Position numbers and translations under genes: made by a program
In this document: in pieces, positions 38,959 to 51,804 of the stretch
Numbering within the stretch: the stretch's first letter is position 1
Layout: each line of letters opens with the position of its first letter
The notes under the pieces: generated by a model
The model's input: the letters and a program-made list of their open reading frames with translations, nothing else
Told to the model about the DNA's origin: nothing
The model's database searches: none
Assembly: GCA_964016885.1 (NCBI GenBank)
Contig: OZ024751.1
Span: forward strand, 27,714,001 to 27,778,000
Origin: Eledone cirrhosa
Lineage: Eukaryota
Reading direction: 5' to 3'
DNA length: 64,000 nt

Positions 38959-39047
38959 TTGACATTGGAGCAGACCATTCCAACAATGTGTCCTGCAGCT
39001 GTCACCAAAGCACCACCACTTGATCCAGGGTAAACAGCACAGGTTGT
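38959..39047 (-). CDS. TYSND1: TYSND1 coding exon 6 (catalytic Ser)
   Basis: ttgtag|ACA ACC TGT...GTC AA|gtaagg; TTCAVYPGSSGGALV..GHIVGMVCSN. Confidence 0.95.
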
Positions 39048-39097
39048 CTACAAAAGAGGTTACAGCAGAAGATGATATAAATATTGAATATATTAAA

Positions 39098-39436
39098 ATG
39101 GTATGGTGTGGTGTGGTGTGGTGTGGTGTGGTGTGGTGTGGTGTGGTGTGGTGTGGTATGGTGTGGTGTGGTATGGTGTGGTATGGTGTGGTATGGTATG
39201 GTGTGGTATGGTGTGGTGTGGTGTGGTATGGCGTGGTGTGGTATGGCGTGGTGTGGCGTGGTGTGGTGTGGTGTGGTATGGTATGGTGTGGTGTGGTATG
39301 GTGTGGTGTGGTGTGGTATGGCGTGGTGTGGTATGGTGTGGTGTGGTGTGGTATGGCGTGGTGTGGCGTGGTGTGGTGTGGCGTGGTGTGGTGTGGTGTG
39401 GTATGGCATGGTGTGGTATGGTATGGTATAGTATGG
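39098..39436. repeat. Pentanucleotide microsatellite (TGGTG/TGGTA/TGGCG)n
   Basis: Direct inspection; begins about 50 nt from the exon 6 acceptor. Confidence 0.95.
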
Positions 39437-39765
39437 CACCCCTATGACTCCAATAGCAGTTAAGTGTCCATAAATATGTGCATACATACAATTTAGAATA
39501 GATACACCCTATCCCTGTGTGTCATAAGATGTAACTAAAAGTGTTGACAACTGTAAGAGTACCCTTTGCATGTGTACATATGTATATGGGAGAGAGTGGG
39601 GGGGGGGGACAGACAGACAGACAGATAAGCAGACATTGGTTACAATTATTAAAAGAAAAAGAAGAAAAGAAAACTGCTGCAGAGTTCCTTCCCCTAGATT
39701 ATGCAGCTTTAGTCTTGGTAAACACATTGCAACAACTTTCATAAGAAGAGAAAATGTAACCTCAC

Positions 39766-39887
39766 CTGAATCAAAATATCTGTGTGATTGTGTTGTACAA
39801 GTTTTGCCACAACCCCAGATGTTACAGTCAGTTGTGGTTCTGTCAGTGACGTGAATATAGCAAACCCCACAGCAAAGACTGGCAGTC
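39766..39887 (-). CDS. TYSND1: TYSND1 coding exon 5
   Basis: acccag|GA CTG...ATT CAG|gtgagg; GLPVFAVGFAIF...TVTSGVVAKLV...ILIQ. Confidence 0.93.
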
Positions 39888-40412
39888 CTGGGTAGAGGAG
39901 AGACAAGAAAAGAATGGAAAGACTTTTTTTATTTACATTTGTATTTGAGAAGGAATAGAAAAGAAATTCAAAAAATGGTAGCTTAAGATCAACACAAGAT
40001 ATCCTACACGTGTGTAGTGTGTGTGCGTGTGTGTATGTGTGCGTATGTAAGGTGGGTGTGCAAGTGTGCATTGTGTGTGTATGTGTATGCATGTGTGTGT
40101 GCACGAGTGTGTGGGGGTGCCATGTGTGTGTGTATATGTGTATGTGTTTATGTGCATGTGTGTATATATGAGTGTGTATGTGCATATCTGTATGTGTGCA
40201 TGTGTGTGGTGTGCATATATGTGTGTGTGTGTGTGCATATCTGCATGTGTGCATATGGGTGGTGTGTATATATGTGTGTGTGCATATGATGATTATGATG
40301 ATAATGATGATGATGATGACAACAATTAAGATGATGATAATGATGATGATGATGATGACGATGATTATAATTAAGGTGATGATGATGATGATGATGTTAG
40401 CTTAATACCAAC

Positions 40413-40583
40413 CTTCAACAGGAGCAGCGACATCAGGGAATGGCCGTGGCAGTAATTTAGTTGATGTCACTGTACAACAGTAGTTCAGTTTTAAGACTGC
40501 GACATCAAAAGATTCATCTAAAGTTGTGGAGAAGATAACTTTTGCTTGATGCCAATCTTTGTCTTGGTGTAACTTCACAGACA
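40413..40583 (-). CDS. TYSND1: TYSND1 coding exon 4 (catalytic Asp)
   Basis: ttccag|TG TCT...GAA G|gttggt; WHQAKVIFST...FDVAVLKL. Confidence 0.92.
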
Positions 40584-40781
40584 CTGGAATGGAAAGTAGA
40601 AGAATTCTTGTAAAAATATCTTATTATAAAAAGAAAAAAAATGTTTAACAATCGTCACAGACATCATCGTCACCATCATTGTCATCAAAATCACCACCAT
40701 CACCACCATCACCACCACCATCACCACCACCATCACCACCATCACCACCATCACCACCATATATATATATATACTAGAAAG

Positions 40782-40888
40782 TGAACAACACAAAATATAA
40801 CTACTCCATTACGATGACCTGAGACAATATATATTATCTGGGATCCAGAAACCTTTGGTAATGGAGTAGTTATATTTTGTGTTGTTCA
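40782..40888. repeat. Fold-back with 31-bp perfect arms enclosing a hammerhead remnant
   Basis: Arms 40782-40812 and 40858-40888; the loop starts GATGA-CCTGAGA..TCTGGG and runs through GAAACC TTT GG into TA at the start of the right arm. Confidence 0.75.
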
Positions 40889-41567
40889 TTTCTAATTATA
40901 TAGCTCTGTTCTATACATAGAGTACTCTTTTTTCCTTTGCTTTTCTTTCAGAACTACCTAAAACATATATATATATATAATAAATGTGGTTGGTGTTAAG
41001 AAGGACATCCAGCCATAGAAAACCAGCCAGAAACACCCCTATATGAGTGAGACATGGTCACCCGACACAACTTGCTTCAAAATAGGACCCGTCAAACCCA
41101 TGCTAGCGTCGAAGATGGATGTTAATTGATGATGATGATGATGATATATATATATATATGTGGGAGCCACTGGACATGGACACACTGGAAGAGGAAGACC
41201 AAGGTTAACGTAGTTGATGCCCTAAGGACAGACACTGGTCTGTTGGAGATGCATGACATGGCAGCGATAATGAGGGACAGAGACCGCTGGAGAGAACTTG
41301 TCCATGGATCTCGGGAATTTTACCCGCCCTAGATAGATATATATATATTATATGCCTGCCAGGCACACAAGAAGAAAGACCCGTTTTTTTGCCAGCAGCA
41401 TATCGCATAATCAGATTTTCATCTGAAGATACCATTCCTATACCAACAACAAATGCATATGTTACATCATGGATTGCATAAGGGAACCAACTGCTGAAAT
41501 AATTATATTGAATAAACGATTTATGTAACATCAGCATCTTTCTTAATGTTATTCTTATATATATATA

Positions 41568-42868
41568 CAGGGTGTGGACGATATTTGTTCGCAATTTTCA
41601 ACTGCTAATTTTATGCAAGTTTTTTTTACTTCCGTTGTCACTCTTGTCGTCATAAAAACAGTGACTATATTTCCATTATTTATTTTCAGAATAATTGATT
41701 ATGAATAATTTTGAACCTCCAAATTTGTGGAAGAGACACAAAGTTCTTCTTGGAATCCGCGCCGGGAGGACAAACAAGGAAATTTCAGACTTTCTCAGCG
41801 TTATCAGGAGAATGGTGGAAAAAGTCAGAAAGGAATTGGAAGATTCAGGATTCGACTACGAAGCAACATCAGAGAGGAAAACACATGATCGACGATCTGA
41901 CGCCCTCAGAACGCCCGAGTTCGTCGCTGAAGTTCAGGATATCATCAACAATGAACCTAGCAAGTCGATGCGTGCCATTGCAAGGGAGAAAAGCATGGAT
42001 GAAAAGCTCATTAGGCTGGTGGTACATGAAGACATTTGCTACATTTCATACAAGATGAGGAAAGGACAATTTATGTCAAAGGCGATGCAAGAAAAGCGAC
42101 TGAAGCACACAAAGAAGCTGATCAACAAGTTGAAACACCCACTGGAGCCAGACATGCTGTGGTTTTTCTTCCGACGAGAAAAACTTCTGCCAAGACCAGA
42201 AGATCAACTCCCAGAACAACAGGTGGCTCGCTGTTTCATCCAAAGACGTGCCCAGAGTCATGCAGACAAAGTTTCCAGCGACAACATTGGTCTTAGGTAT
42301 CGTCAGCAGTCAAGGTGACATCATGCCACCTCACTTCCTCCCTAAGGGCCTCAAGCTGAACACCGATGGCTACATCCGCATTCTGAGCGAGGTAGATAGC
42401 TCGACCAGATAGCTGCAGGTAAGCCGTACGTGTGGCAGCAAGACTCAGCGCCCTGCCATACCAGCCAAAAGACCCAAGCCTGGCTGTCAGAGAACTTCGT
42501 CGACCACACTTCACCTGACATCTGGCCGCCCAGCTCGCCTGACTGCAATCCCCTCGACTTCTTTGTGTGGGGCGCAATGGAATGAGACACCAACAGATCT
42601 AGCTGCAATACGAAAGACGATCTGAAGGCCAGGATCCCAAGTGCCTTTAGGGGCCTAAGTCGGGGGACAGTGACGAAGGCCTGTAGCTGGTTCCGAGTCC
42701 GCCTTGAGGCCGTCATCAAAGCCAATGGCGGGTTTATCAAGTGAGATCGAAAGAACAAGTCATGAAGACAAACTGACCCAAGTTTGATAAATATATCTTA
42801 AAAAATAAAACTACTGTGTTATTTTTTCCTAGACAGTAATCTTGCGAACAAATATCGTCCGCATCCTG
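41568..42868 (+). mobile_element. Tc1/mariner superfamily DD37D (maT) transposon, full-length, inactivated
   Basis: 27-bp TIRs CAGGGTGTGGACGATATTTGTTCGCAA (2 mismatches) with TA flanks. Transposase FSDEK...QQDSAPCH...WPPSSPDCNPLD has 37 residues between the last two Asp; frameshift near 42170 and a later stop. Confidence 0.93.
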
Positions 42869-42879
42869 TATATATGTAT

Positions 42880-43200
42880 ATATATGGCGAAATGTTGAGT
42901 GAAATCGTATGGAATATGTGGGAGGTGGAAAAAATCGTATTTTAAAGAGTTAAACGGCTGCCACGCCGTCCCTAAACGAAAAATGCAAAGTGTAAAGCTA
43001 CTATAAGATGTGCAATGATAGGTTCTATCGTAGTATAAAAGTTGAACCAAATAAAAAAACGATCCGCTGATATATAGAAAACACTCCCCGGTGACTAATC
43101 TGTGAGCCTGTAAAGTTTCATGAAAATTGGTCGTAAGATGTAGGCCCCTATAGGTAATACACAGACACACACATACTTAATTTTATATATAATCAGATAT
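42880..43200 (-). mobile_element. Possible Helitron-type 5' fragment
   Basis: Minus strand begins ATCTGATTATATATAAAATTAAGTATGTGTGTGTCTG and contains CCAATTTTCATGAAACTTT, typical of non-autonomous Helitron 5' ends; no 3' end found. Confidence 0.4.
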
Positions 43201-43329
43201 ATATATATATATATATATACAATGATATATTTGCTTATATATATATAGTGAAAGAGTTATCCTATATATATATATATATATATATATTGTAGTGCACCTG
43301 AGCACTGTACACAATAATTTCATTATTTC

Positions 43330-43372
<43 letters not shown>

Positions 43373-43444
43373 CGTTATTCCGAGTTGAATCGGAGGTAAC
43401 CACAGTAAGGTACTCAATACAAAGCAGAGTATAAAAGTTTTAAT

Positions 43445-43552
43445 ATAGATGAGATTCTACAGGACTAGAACTGTTTCATTCTTTAGAAATCATCAGATTC
43501 CTGATGATTTCTAAAGAATGAAACAGTTCTAGTCCTGTAGAATCTCATCTAT
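43445..43552. repeat. Perfect 52-bp-arm palindrome built from a hammerhead motif
   Basis: Arms 43445-43496 and 43501-43552, loop ATTC; each arm starts CTGATGA-TTTC TAAA GAAT-GAAAC AGTTCTA GTC-CTG. Confidence 0.9.
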
Positions 43553-43600
43553 CTATATATATATATAAAACACTTTAAATCAAACAGTCTTGTATCATAG

Positions 43601-43888
43601 AACCAGAGATGGAACCTAGGGTGGCACCCAGGGTGGAACCTAGGGTGGCACCTGAGGTGGAACCTAGGGTGGCACCTGAGGTGGAACCCAGGGTGGCACC
43701 TGAGGTGGAATTAGGAGTGGAACCAGAGGTGGAACCTAGGGTGGCACCTGAGGTGGAACCTAGGGTGGCACCTGAGGTGGAACCTAGGGTGGCACCTGAG
43801 GTGGAACCTAGGGTGGCACCTGAGGTGGAACCTAGGGTGGCACCTGAGGTGGAACCTAGGGTGGAATTAGGAGTGGAACCAGAGATGG
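43601..43888. repeat. 24-bp minisatellite (two 12-bp subunits)
   Basis: GTGGAACCTAGG-GTGGCACCTGAG, about 11 units. Confidence 0.92.
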
Positions 43889-44834
43889 TTTCATGTGGTT
43901 TGGTATAAAAAAAGATTACCTGATCAATAACTAATCAGTTAATACATGTTCAGTAAATAATGTTCATGGCATGTCTAATCAATATTCAATAAGTGTTCAA
44001 TAATTATTCAATAAGTGTTCCATAATAATAATACTGTGAATATTCCTTTGAAGATCAATAAACATTCATTAATTATTCAATTATCAGATCAGTAATTACT
44101 CAATTAAAAGGTCTGCAGTGTTTTTATGTTGTTTTGATTTGTTTTTCTATCTTATTAATTCATTAATAATTTTTTTTTTTTTTTTTGTTTTACTTTCACA
44201 AAGAAATACATACACACACACACCACATAAACTTACACATACACATGCATGTACACATATACACACACATACATACAAAAACTTGCAAACACATACACAC
44301 ATGCACGCACACACACACATATACAAACTTATAAACAAATACTCACACTTGCAAACACACATACATGCACATATTCACAAGCACACACTTAATTGCAAAC
44401 ACCACCACAAACACACACACACCCCACAAACACCCACACAAACACACACCCCACACATATTAATGGAATGGGTCTCCATCAGTTTCAATGATGAGTGTTC
44501 CAGCTGTTTGATCAATGGGATAGCCTGTTTATGAAATTTAACATATAAGTGGCTGAGTATTCCACAGACACATGCCAGGTACTCAGGGAGATTCAGCATG
44601 ACACGGTGTGTAACATGGCTGACCCATTGTATTGAAAGTACAGTCCATCTGTTGGGCTTCCACACAGTCTCTGTTAACCAACAATATCACACACATGGCT
44701 TGGTTCAACCCGAGGTTTATGATGAATATTTGCACAAGATGTGGGATTGAACCAGGGACCTTATGATTGAATTAGACATACACACACACATACACACACA
44801 TATATACACATAAACATCATCATACCACCATTAA

Positions 44835-47800
44835 CAAGCCCACCACCACAACCACAGCCCCCACAGCCACCACCACCGCCACCACAGTCAACATCACCAC
44901 CACAACCACCATAACCCCCACCACAGTCACCATCACTACCACAGTCACCATATCCCCCACCACAACCACCATATCCCCCACCACAACCACCATAACCCCC
45001 ACCACAGTCACCATCACCACCACAACCACCATATCCCCCACCACAACCACCATATCCCCCACCACAACCACCATAACCCCCCACCACAACCACCATCACC
45101 ACCACAACCACCATAACCCCCACCACAGTCACCATCACCACCACAACCACCATATCCCCCACCACAACCACCATATCCCCCACCACAACCACCATAACCC
45201 CCACCACAACCACCATAACCCCCACCACAACCACCATATCCCCCACCACAACCACCATAACCCCCACCACAACCACCATCACCACCACAGTCACCATCAC
45301 CACCACAACCACCATAACCCCCACCACAACCACCATAACCCCCACCACAGTCACCATCACCACCACAACCACCATATCCCCCACCACAACCACCATAACC
45401 CCCACCACAACCACCATAACCCCCACCACAGTCACCATCACCACCACAACCACCATAACCCCCACCACAGTCACCATCACCACCACAACCACCATATCCC
45501 CCACCACAACCACCATAACCCCCACCACAGTCACCATCACCACCACAACCACCATATCCCCCACCACAACCACCATAACCCCCACCACAGTCACCATCAC
45601 CACCACAACCACCATAACCCCCACCACAGTCACCATAACCCCCACCACAGTCACCATCACCACCACAACCACCATAACCCCCACCACAGTCACCATCACC
45701 ACCACAACCACCATATCCCCCACCACAACCACCATAACCCCCACCACAACCACCATCACCACCACAACCACCATAACCCCCACCACAGTCACCATCACCA
45801 CCACAACCACCATATCCCCCACCACAACCACCATATCCCCCACCACAACCACCATAACCCCCACCACAACCACCATATCCCCCACCACAACCACCATAAC
45901 CCCCACCACAGTCACCATCACCACCACAACCACCATAACCCCCACCACAGTCACCATCACCACCACAACCACCATCACCACCACAACCACCATATCCCCC
46001 ACCACAACCACCATAACCCCCACCACAACCACCATAACCCCCACCACAGTCACCATCACCACCACAACCACCATCACCACCACAACCACCATATCCCCCA
46101 CCACAACCACCATAACCCCCACCACAACCACCATAACCCCCACCAGTCACCATCACCACCACAACCACCATAACCCCCACCACAGTCACCATCACCACCA
46201 CAACCACCATAACCCCCACCACAGTCACCATCACCACCACAACCACCATAACCCCCACCAGTCACCATCACCACCACAACCACCATAACCCCCACCACAG
46301 TCACCATCACCACCACAACCACCATAACCCCCACCACAGTCACCATCACCACCACAACCACCATAACCCCCACCACAGTCACCATCACCACCACAACCAC
46401 CATAACCCCCACCACAGTCACCATCACCACCACAACCACCATAACCCCCACCACAGTCACCATCACCACCACAACCACCATAACCCCCACCACAGTCACC
46501 ATCACCACCACAACCACCATAACCCCCACCACAGTCACCATCACCACCACAACCACCATAACCCCCACCAGTCACCATCACCACCACAACCACCATAACC
46601 CCCACCAGTCACCATCACCACCACAACCACCATAACCCCCACCACAGTCACCATCACCACCACAACCACCATAACCCCCACCACAGTCACCATCACCACC
46701 ACAACCACCATAACCCCCACCACAGTCACCATCACCACCACAACCACCATAACCCCCACCACAGTCACCATCACCACCACAACCACCATAACCCCCACCA
46801 CAGTCACCATCACCACCACAACCACCATAACCCCCACCACAGTCACCATCACCACCACAACCACCATAACCCCCACCAGTCACCATCACCACCACAACCA
46901 CCATAACCCCCACCACAGTCACCATCACCACCACAACCACCATAACCCCCACCACAGTCACCATCACCACCACAACCACCATAACCCCCACCACAGTCAC
47001 CCTAACCCCCACCACAACCACCATAACCCCCACCAGTCACCATCACCACCACAACCACCATAACCCCCACCACAGTCACCATCACCACCACAACCACCAT
47101 AACCCCCACCACAGTCACCATCACCACCACAACCACCATATCCCCCACCACAGTCACCATCACCACCACAACCACCATAACCCCCACCACAGTCACCATC
47201 ACCACCACAACCACCATAACCCCCACCACAGTCACCATCACCACCACAACCACCATAACCCCCACCACAGTCACCCTAACCCCCACCACAACCACCATAA
47301 CCCCCACCAGTCACCATCACCACCACAACCACCATAACCCCCACCACAGTCACCATCACCACCACAACCACCATAACCCCCACCACAGTCACCATCACCA
47401 CCACAACCACCATATCCCCCACCACAGTCACCATCACCACCACAACCACCATAACCCCCACCACAGTCACCATCACCACCACAACCACCATAACCCCCAC
47501 CACAGTCACCATCACCACCACAACCACCATAACCCCCACCACAGTCACCCTAACCCCCACCACAACCACCATAACCCCCACCAGTCACCATCACCACCAC
47601 AACCACCATAACCCCCACCACAGTCACCATCACCACCACAACCACCATAACCCCCACCACAGTCACCATCACCACCACAACCACCATATCCCCCACCACA
47701 GTCACCATCACCACCACAACCACCATAACCCCCACCACAGTCACCATCACCACCACAACCACCATAACCCCCACCACAGTCACCATCACCACCACAACCA

Positions 47801-47940
47801 CCATAACCCCCACCACAGTCACCATCACCACCACAACCACCATAACCCCCACCACAGTCACCATCACCACCACAACCACCATAACCCCCACCACAACCAC
47901 CATAACCCCCACCACAGTCACCATCACCACCACAGCCAAC
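44835..47940. repeat. 3.1-kb C-rich/G-rich minisatellite of 18- and 21-bp units with 274-bp higher-order repeats
   Basis: Units ACCACAACCACCATAACCCCC and ACCACAGTCACCATCACC; identical ORFs offset by 274 bp (47002-47307, 47276-47581). Confidence 0.95.
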
Positions 47941-48565
47941 ACTGCCATCTAGATCATGCTGACACAGACACCATTACTAACACTGCCCTGGCACCAATTC
48001 TACAGACTATTCTTACACAGATACATAAATTGTTATTATTTCTACTTCATTTGTTTAGGAAGCAACATTATGTCTGTATGTCTGATGAATGTTTAACCCT
48101 AGGTCATCACTGGTTCAACATTATCATTCCTATGATCAATGGAAACAAACATTATTCTTGTATGGCTGCATGTCTGTATGTCTGCATGTCTGATAAAGTT
48201 TTAACCCTAGGTCAATTTTGATGACAAACAGCAGTAACAACAGCAACAGCAATAGCAGTAGCTATAACAACAACAAGAACAGCAACAGCAATAACAGTGA
48301 CATCAGCAACAACAACGGCATGACAATAAGAGCAACAATAACAGCGACAACAACAGCAACAATCACAACAACAATAACAGCTGTAACAAGAACAGCAACA
48401 ACCAAGACAACAGCAACAACAACAATAGCTGCAGCAGCAACAACAATAGCAGTAACAACAACAATAACAGCAAGACTAACAACAGCAACAACAACAACAA
48501 CATCAACACTAACAACAGCAACAACAATAAGAACAACAACAAAAGAAGAAGGAAGAGTCATTTAC

Positions 48566-48706
48566 CTTGAGAATCCTTACATACCACATGGCTACATGTT
48601 AGTATAGTATCATGGTTGACTAATATACCAGTTCCATTGCCTCTTTCACCAATAACACGACACAGGTGCTGTTGGATTTTCTCAGACAAGGAAAAATTGT
48701 GAACAC
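48566..48706 (-). CDS. TYSND1: TYSND1 coding exon 3 (catalytic His)
   Basis: ctgtag|GT GTT...CAA G|gtaaat; GNGTGILVNHDTILTCSHVV. Confidence 0.93.
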
Positions 48707-49581
48707 CTACAGGTAAAAATCAAAGAAAAATGAAACAGAAAATAATATTAATAAATCTTGGTTTTTACAGCTGGAAACCAAACCAAAATCTGCTCCAGGT
48801 GAGCTAAACATGGTCCCGTGACCTGATTTTTTCCCTAAGGATCAACCCATCCTACACATGCTAGCGTGGAAATATATATATACATATATAATATAGAGAA
48901 GAATTCTTCTCTATATTCTATTTAAAGAGCCCAGTATTCTTTTTCCTTTGAGCTCATGAATTACAGGGACTAATGTGAGTTTCTGACTCCATTGCTTCAT
49001 TTTGATATATATATATTTTCTTTTTTTTTCTAATCATATGCTTGGTTGTCATATTTTTTTTCTAATCATATGCTCTGTCCAGCTCATTTGACCACCAGTA
49101 TATCAAAAGAATCCTGCATTTTATCTGACGAGAACAGCTTCTGGATTATGTTATACATAAGCCTTGCATCTTCAAAATATGTATAATGTTTCTACTTTTG
49201 GCCAGCAATTACCCCAGTGCATTACTGGTGCTATATTTTATCGACCCTGTAAGGATGAAAGGCAAAGTTAACCTTGGTGGATTTGAACTCAGAACGTAAA
49301 GGGCCATAACTCTATGCTGCAAAGCATGGTGTCTGACGTTCTACTGATACTGCTTAAATAAATAGAGATGATCTAAAGTAACTATCTTTGCAGCATAGAG
49401 TTACGCCCCTTTATGGTCTGAGTTCAAATCCTGTCGAGGTTAATTTTGTCTTTCATCCTTACGGGGTCAATAAAATAAAGTACCAGTAATACACTGGGGT
49501 AATTGCTGGCCTTGTGCCCAAAGTAGAAACAGTATTATTATTAGGTATATATATTAAAATTAGTTAATAAATTCTTTTTAC

Positions 49582-49820
49582 TTGATTTTTGATGATTGGT
49601 GATGATTGATGAAGATGATAAGTTGGTATTTAATGGTGATACTGAAATAAAATCATTTCTCCATAATTCTCTTGAAATTTCTCCAGATTCTTCAGAAGCA
49701 ATTGATTCTAGAGTAATGATAATGGAATCCAGAATATCTTTGAGGGAACAGACTAATGCCAAGCCAATCCAACTCTGATGCTTCCAACAAAATGGTGACA
49801 CAACCATTCCAATGGCTCTC
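49582..49820 (-). CDS. TYSND1: TYSND1 coding exon 2
   Basis: tgacag|G AGA GCC...; AIGMVVSPFCWKHQSWIGLALVCS matches the TYSND1 P.CWK..W+G..L.C motif. The donor (AA|gtaaaa) is weaker but gives the right phase. Confidence 0.88.
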
Positions 49821-50029
49821 CTGTCAACAAAGTCAAGAAAAGATTATGTTAAAACATCCACCAACAACAACATAAATCTACACATTTTAGCATATATCAC
49901 CTTGATCACCTTGACCGACCAGTCTGTTGGGCGCTAATCGGCGCCGCTGGTCACAGCACGTCGTGCTGTTTTAGCCATAAGATAACGCCATCCCACTGGC
50001 TGGGCGGGCAGGTCGGTACTCAGGTATAC

Positions 50030-50068
50030 GGTGCTGATGACAGCTAATAAGCTAGAAACTAGTTCATC
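50030..50068 (+). ncRNA. Minimal type-I hammerhead ribozyme motif
   Basis: GGTG-CTGATGA-C AGCT aata AGCT A-GAAAC TA GT T-CATC; palindromic stem III (AACTAGTT). Confidence 0.7.
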
Positions 50069-50485
50069 ATTCCTTTATCAGTGTTGAACAAAAGGGCAAC
50101 GATGGTTGCCGAACACTGTACAGCTTAATTCGGGCTGTTTGTTTACAAACAAACCGAGCATTATAATAAATGTTCAGTAAACCCATACGTACATATATAT
50201 ATGTGTGCATGTATCTATGTATATACATACTACTGTACGTCTGTATACATATGTGTATGTACATACACATACTTATATTTAAGTATCAGCCGTACTAAGA
50301 GTGAGAAATGAAATTTCATTTTTTCCATTTATATATATATATAGGAATATATACAGAGAAAGAAACAGGCATACATAGGAGAAATATATGCAAAGTAAAA
50401 ATAAATTAGTAATATTTGAAAAAATAAAACAAACAAATAAATAAATTGTTAAAAAGTTTGTCCTCCTAAATATGTTCGAACTTAC

Positions 50486-51231
50486 TTCTTGTTATTGTTA
50501 TCAAGAGAGCAGACAAGTCCCCCTTCTGTGCCTGGAATACAGCGAGCATCGGTAAAAAGTTGAACCTTATTTGGACCAAAATAGTTACTGATAACACCTC
50601 TACTGACGGAATTGAAGAAAACTTCAGGACATAGGTCTCCATAAGGAGTACCAAATATTTCAACTATATCACCACAATTACATTCTGCAGGTGAGTTCAA
50701 GACCAAGGGTCTTTCTGGAAGAAATCTGTTGGAAAATTTCTGTAATTTGATCAAAATGAAATAAGGCAACAAAAAGTGTTTCCTTGGGGGAAAAAACCAT
50801 CCTTGACTTTTAGCCATGAATTGTTCTGAGGTCAGATAAAATTTTTCACATTTGAATATTAGTTGTATAGTTGCTGGGAAGATATGGTACATTTCTGACT
50901 CTGTGGCAGTTTTCTGACATCTGCCAGAACTCAAGTGATACTGTTCTTTCAAATCTGAAGACTCTTGCCATTGATACTTCCTCATATCAAACATCACTTC
51001 AGCGCTATGATTTGGTAGCAAATTATTTCTTTTATTAGCATCAAGATCCCTTTTTAATTGCTCATAGTCATTAGAGTTTAGCTCTGTCAATAGGGAGCCA
51101 TGTGTAAGTATTATATCATGTTCAGGGTTTATGAGCACACCACTGCAACTTCCAAGTTTTACAGCACTTAAAGCATTGTCTTTCACAAGTGTTATGACAC
51201 AGGTGTTGCCTGTAGCAGTTGAAGAATCCAT
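50486..51231 (-). CDS. TYSND1: TYSND1 (peroxisomal leader peptide-processing protease) coding exon 1
   Basis: ATG at 51231, acceptor at 51273, donor AA|gtaagt; motifs SCSGVLI, ILTHGSL, GTPYG.LCPEVFFNSVSRGVISN and TDARCIPGTEGG. The nine exons total 1710 nt. Confidence 0.95.
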
Positions 51232-51393
51232 CACACCTGGTCTTTTCTTGTAATATTGTCTCCAAGATAAAATCTGAAATAAAAGAAATAGACAGAAATA
51301 TGTTAGTAGCTAAATAGAAAATAATTTAACAGTTTTGACATCAACTTGCTTGGAATTGCTCCTGGTTCTATGATACAAAACTGTTTGTTTTAA

Positions 51394-51601
51394 CCCTTTA
51401 GCATTTAAACCAGCCGTATCTGGCCGGAATTCTCTTAACTTTTTCTGTTCAAACTGGCAGTAACCAGCTGCTCATACTGATGTTAAGGTATTGTTTGCAA
51501 AATAAATAATATCAAAATCTCATAGATTTGATATTATGTGAAATAAAGCCTTTTCAGTGAAAATATAATAGTATATATAGAGTAATGTAAATGCTAAAGG
51601 G
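51394..51601. mobile_element. piggyBac-like MITE
   Basis: TTAA|CCCTTTAGCATTTA ... TAAATGCTAAAGGG|TTAA: 14-bp perfect TIRs with TTAA duplication. Confidence 0.8.
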
Positions 51602-51804
51602 TTAAAATGTCAATCATCATCATCATCATAACTGTTTAGTTAGCAGCTTCGCAGGTGAAGATCAGTCGAATAAGTATCAGCCTTAAAAGCAACCATGGAA
51701 TACTTCTGGAAAAGTGGTCGTCAGAATAGATACATTGATACTGGGTAGGTAGGTAGGTAGGTAGGTAGACAGATATATTTCTTTAGGTGGATAGATAGAT
51801 AGAT

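Noticed and set aside
43609-43908. 99-aa EPRVAPEV repeat ORF
   Set aside because: Coincides entirely with an intronic 24-bp minisatellite on the antisense strand; no independent gene signals.
44761-47948. Gly/Tyr/Cys-rich (GGYGGC) or poly-Val ORFs resembling keratin-associated, chorion or suckerin-like proteins
   Set aside because: No signal peptide or unique domain; repeated 2-nt deletions and a 274-bp period break the frame, arguing against coding selection.
48218-48607. Thr/Asn-rich mucin-like ORF
   Set aside because: (AAC/AGC)n trinucleotide tract antisense to TYSND1, overlapping the real exon 3.
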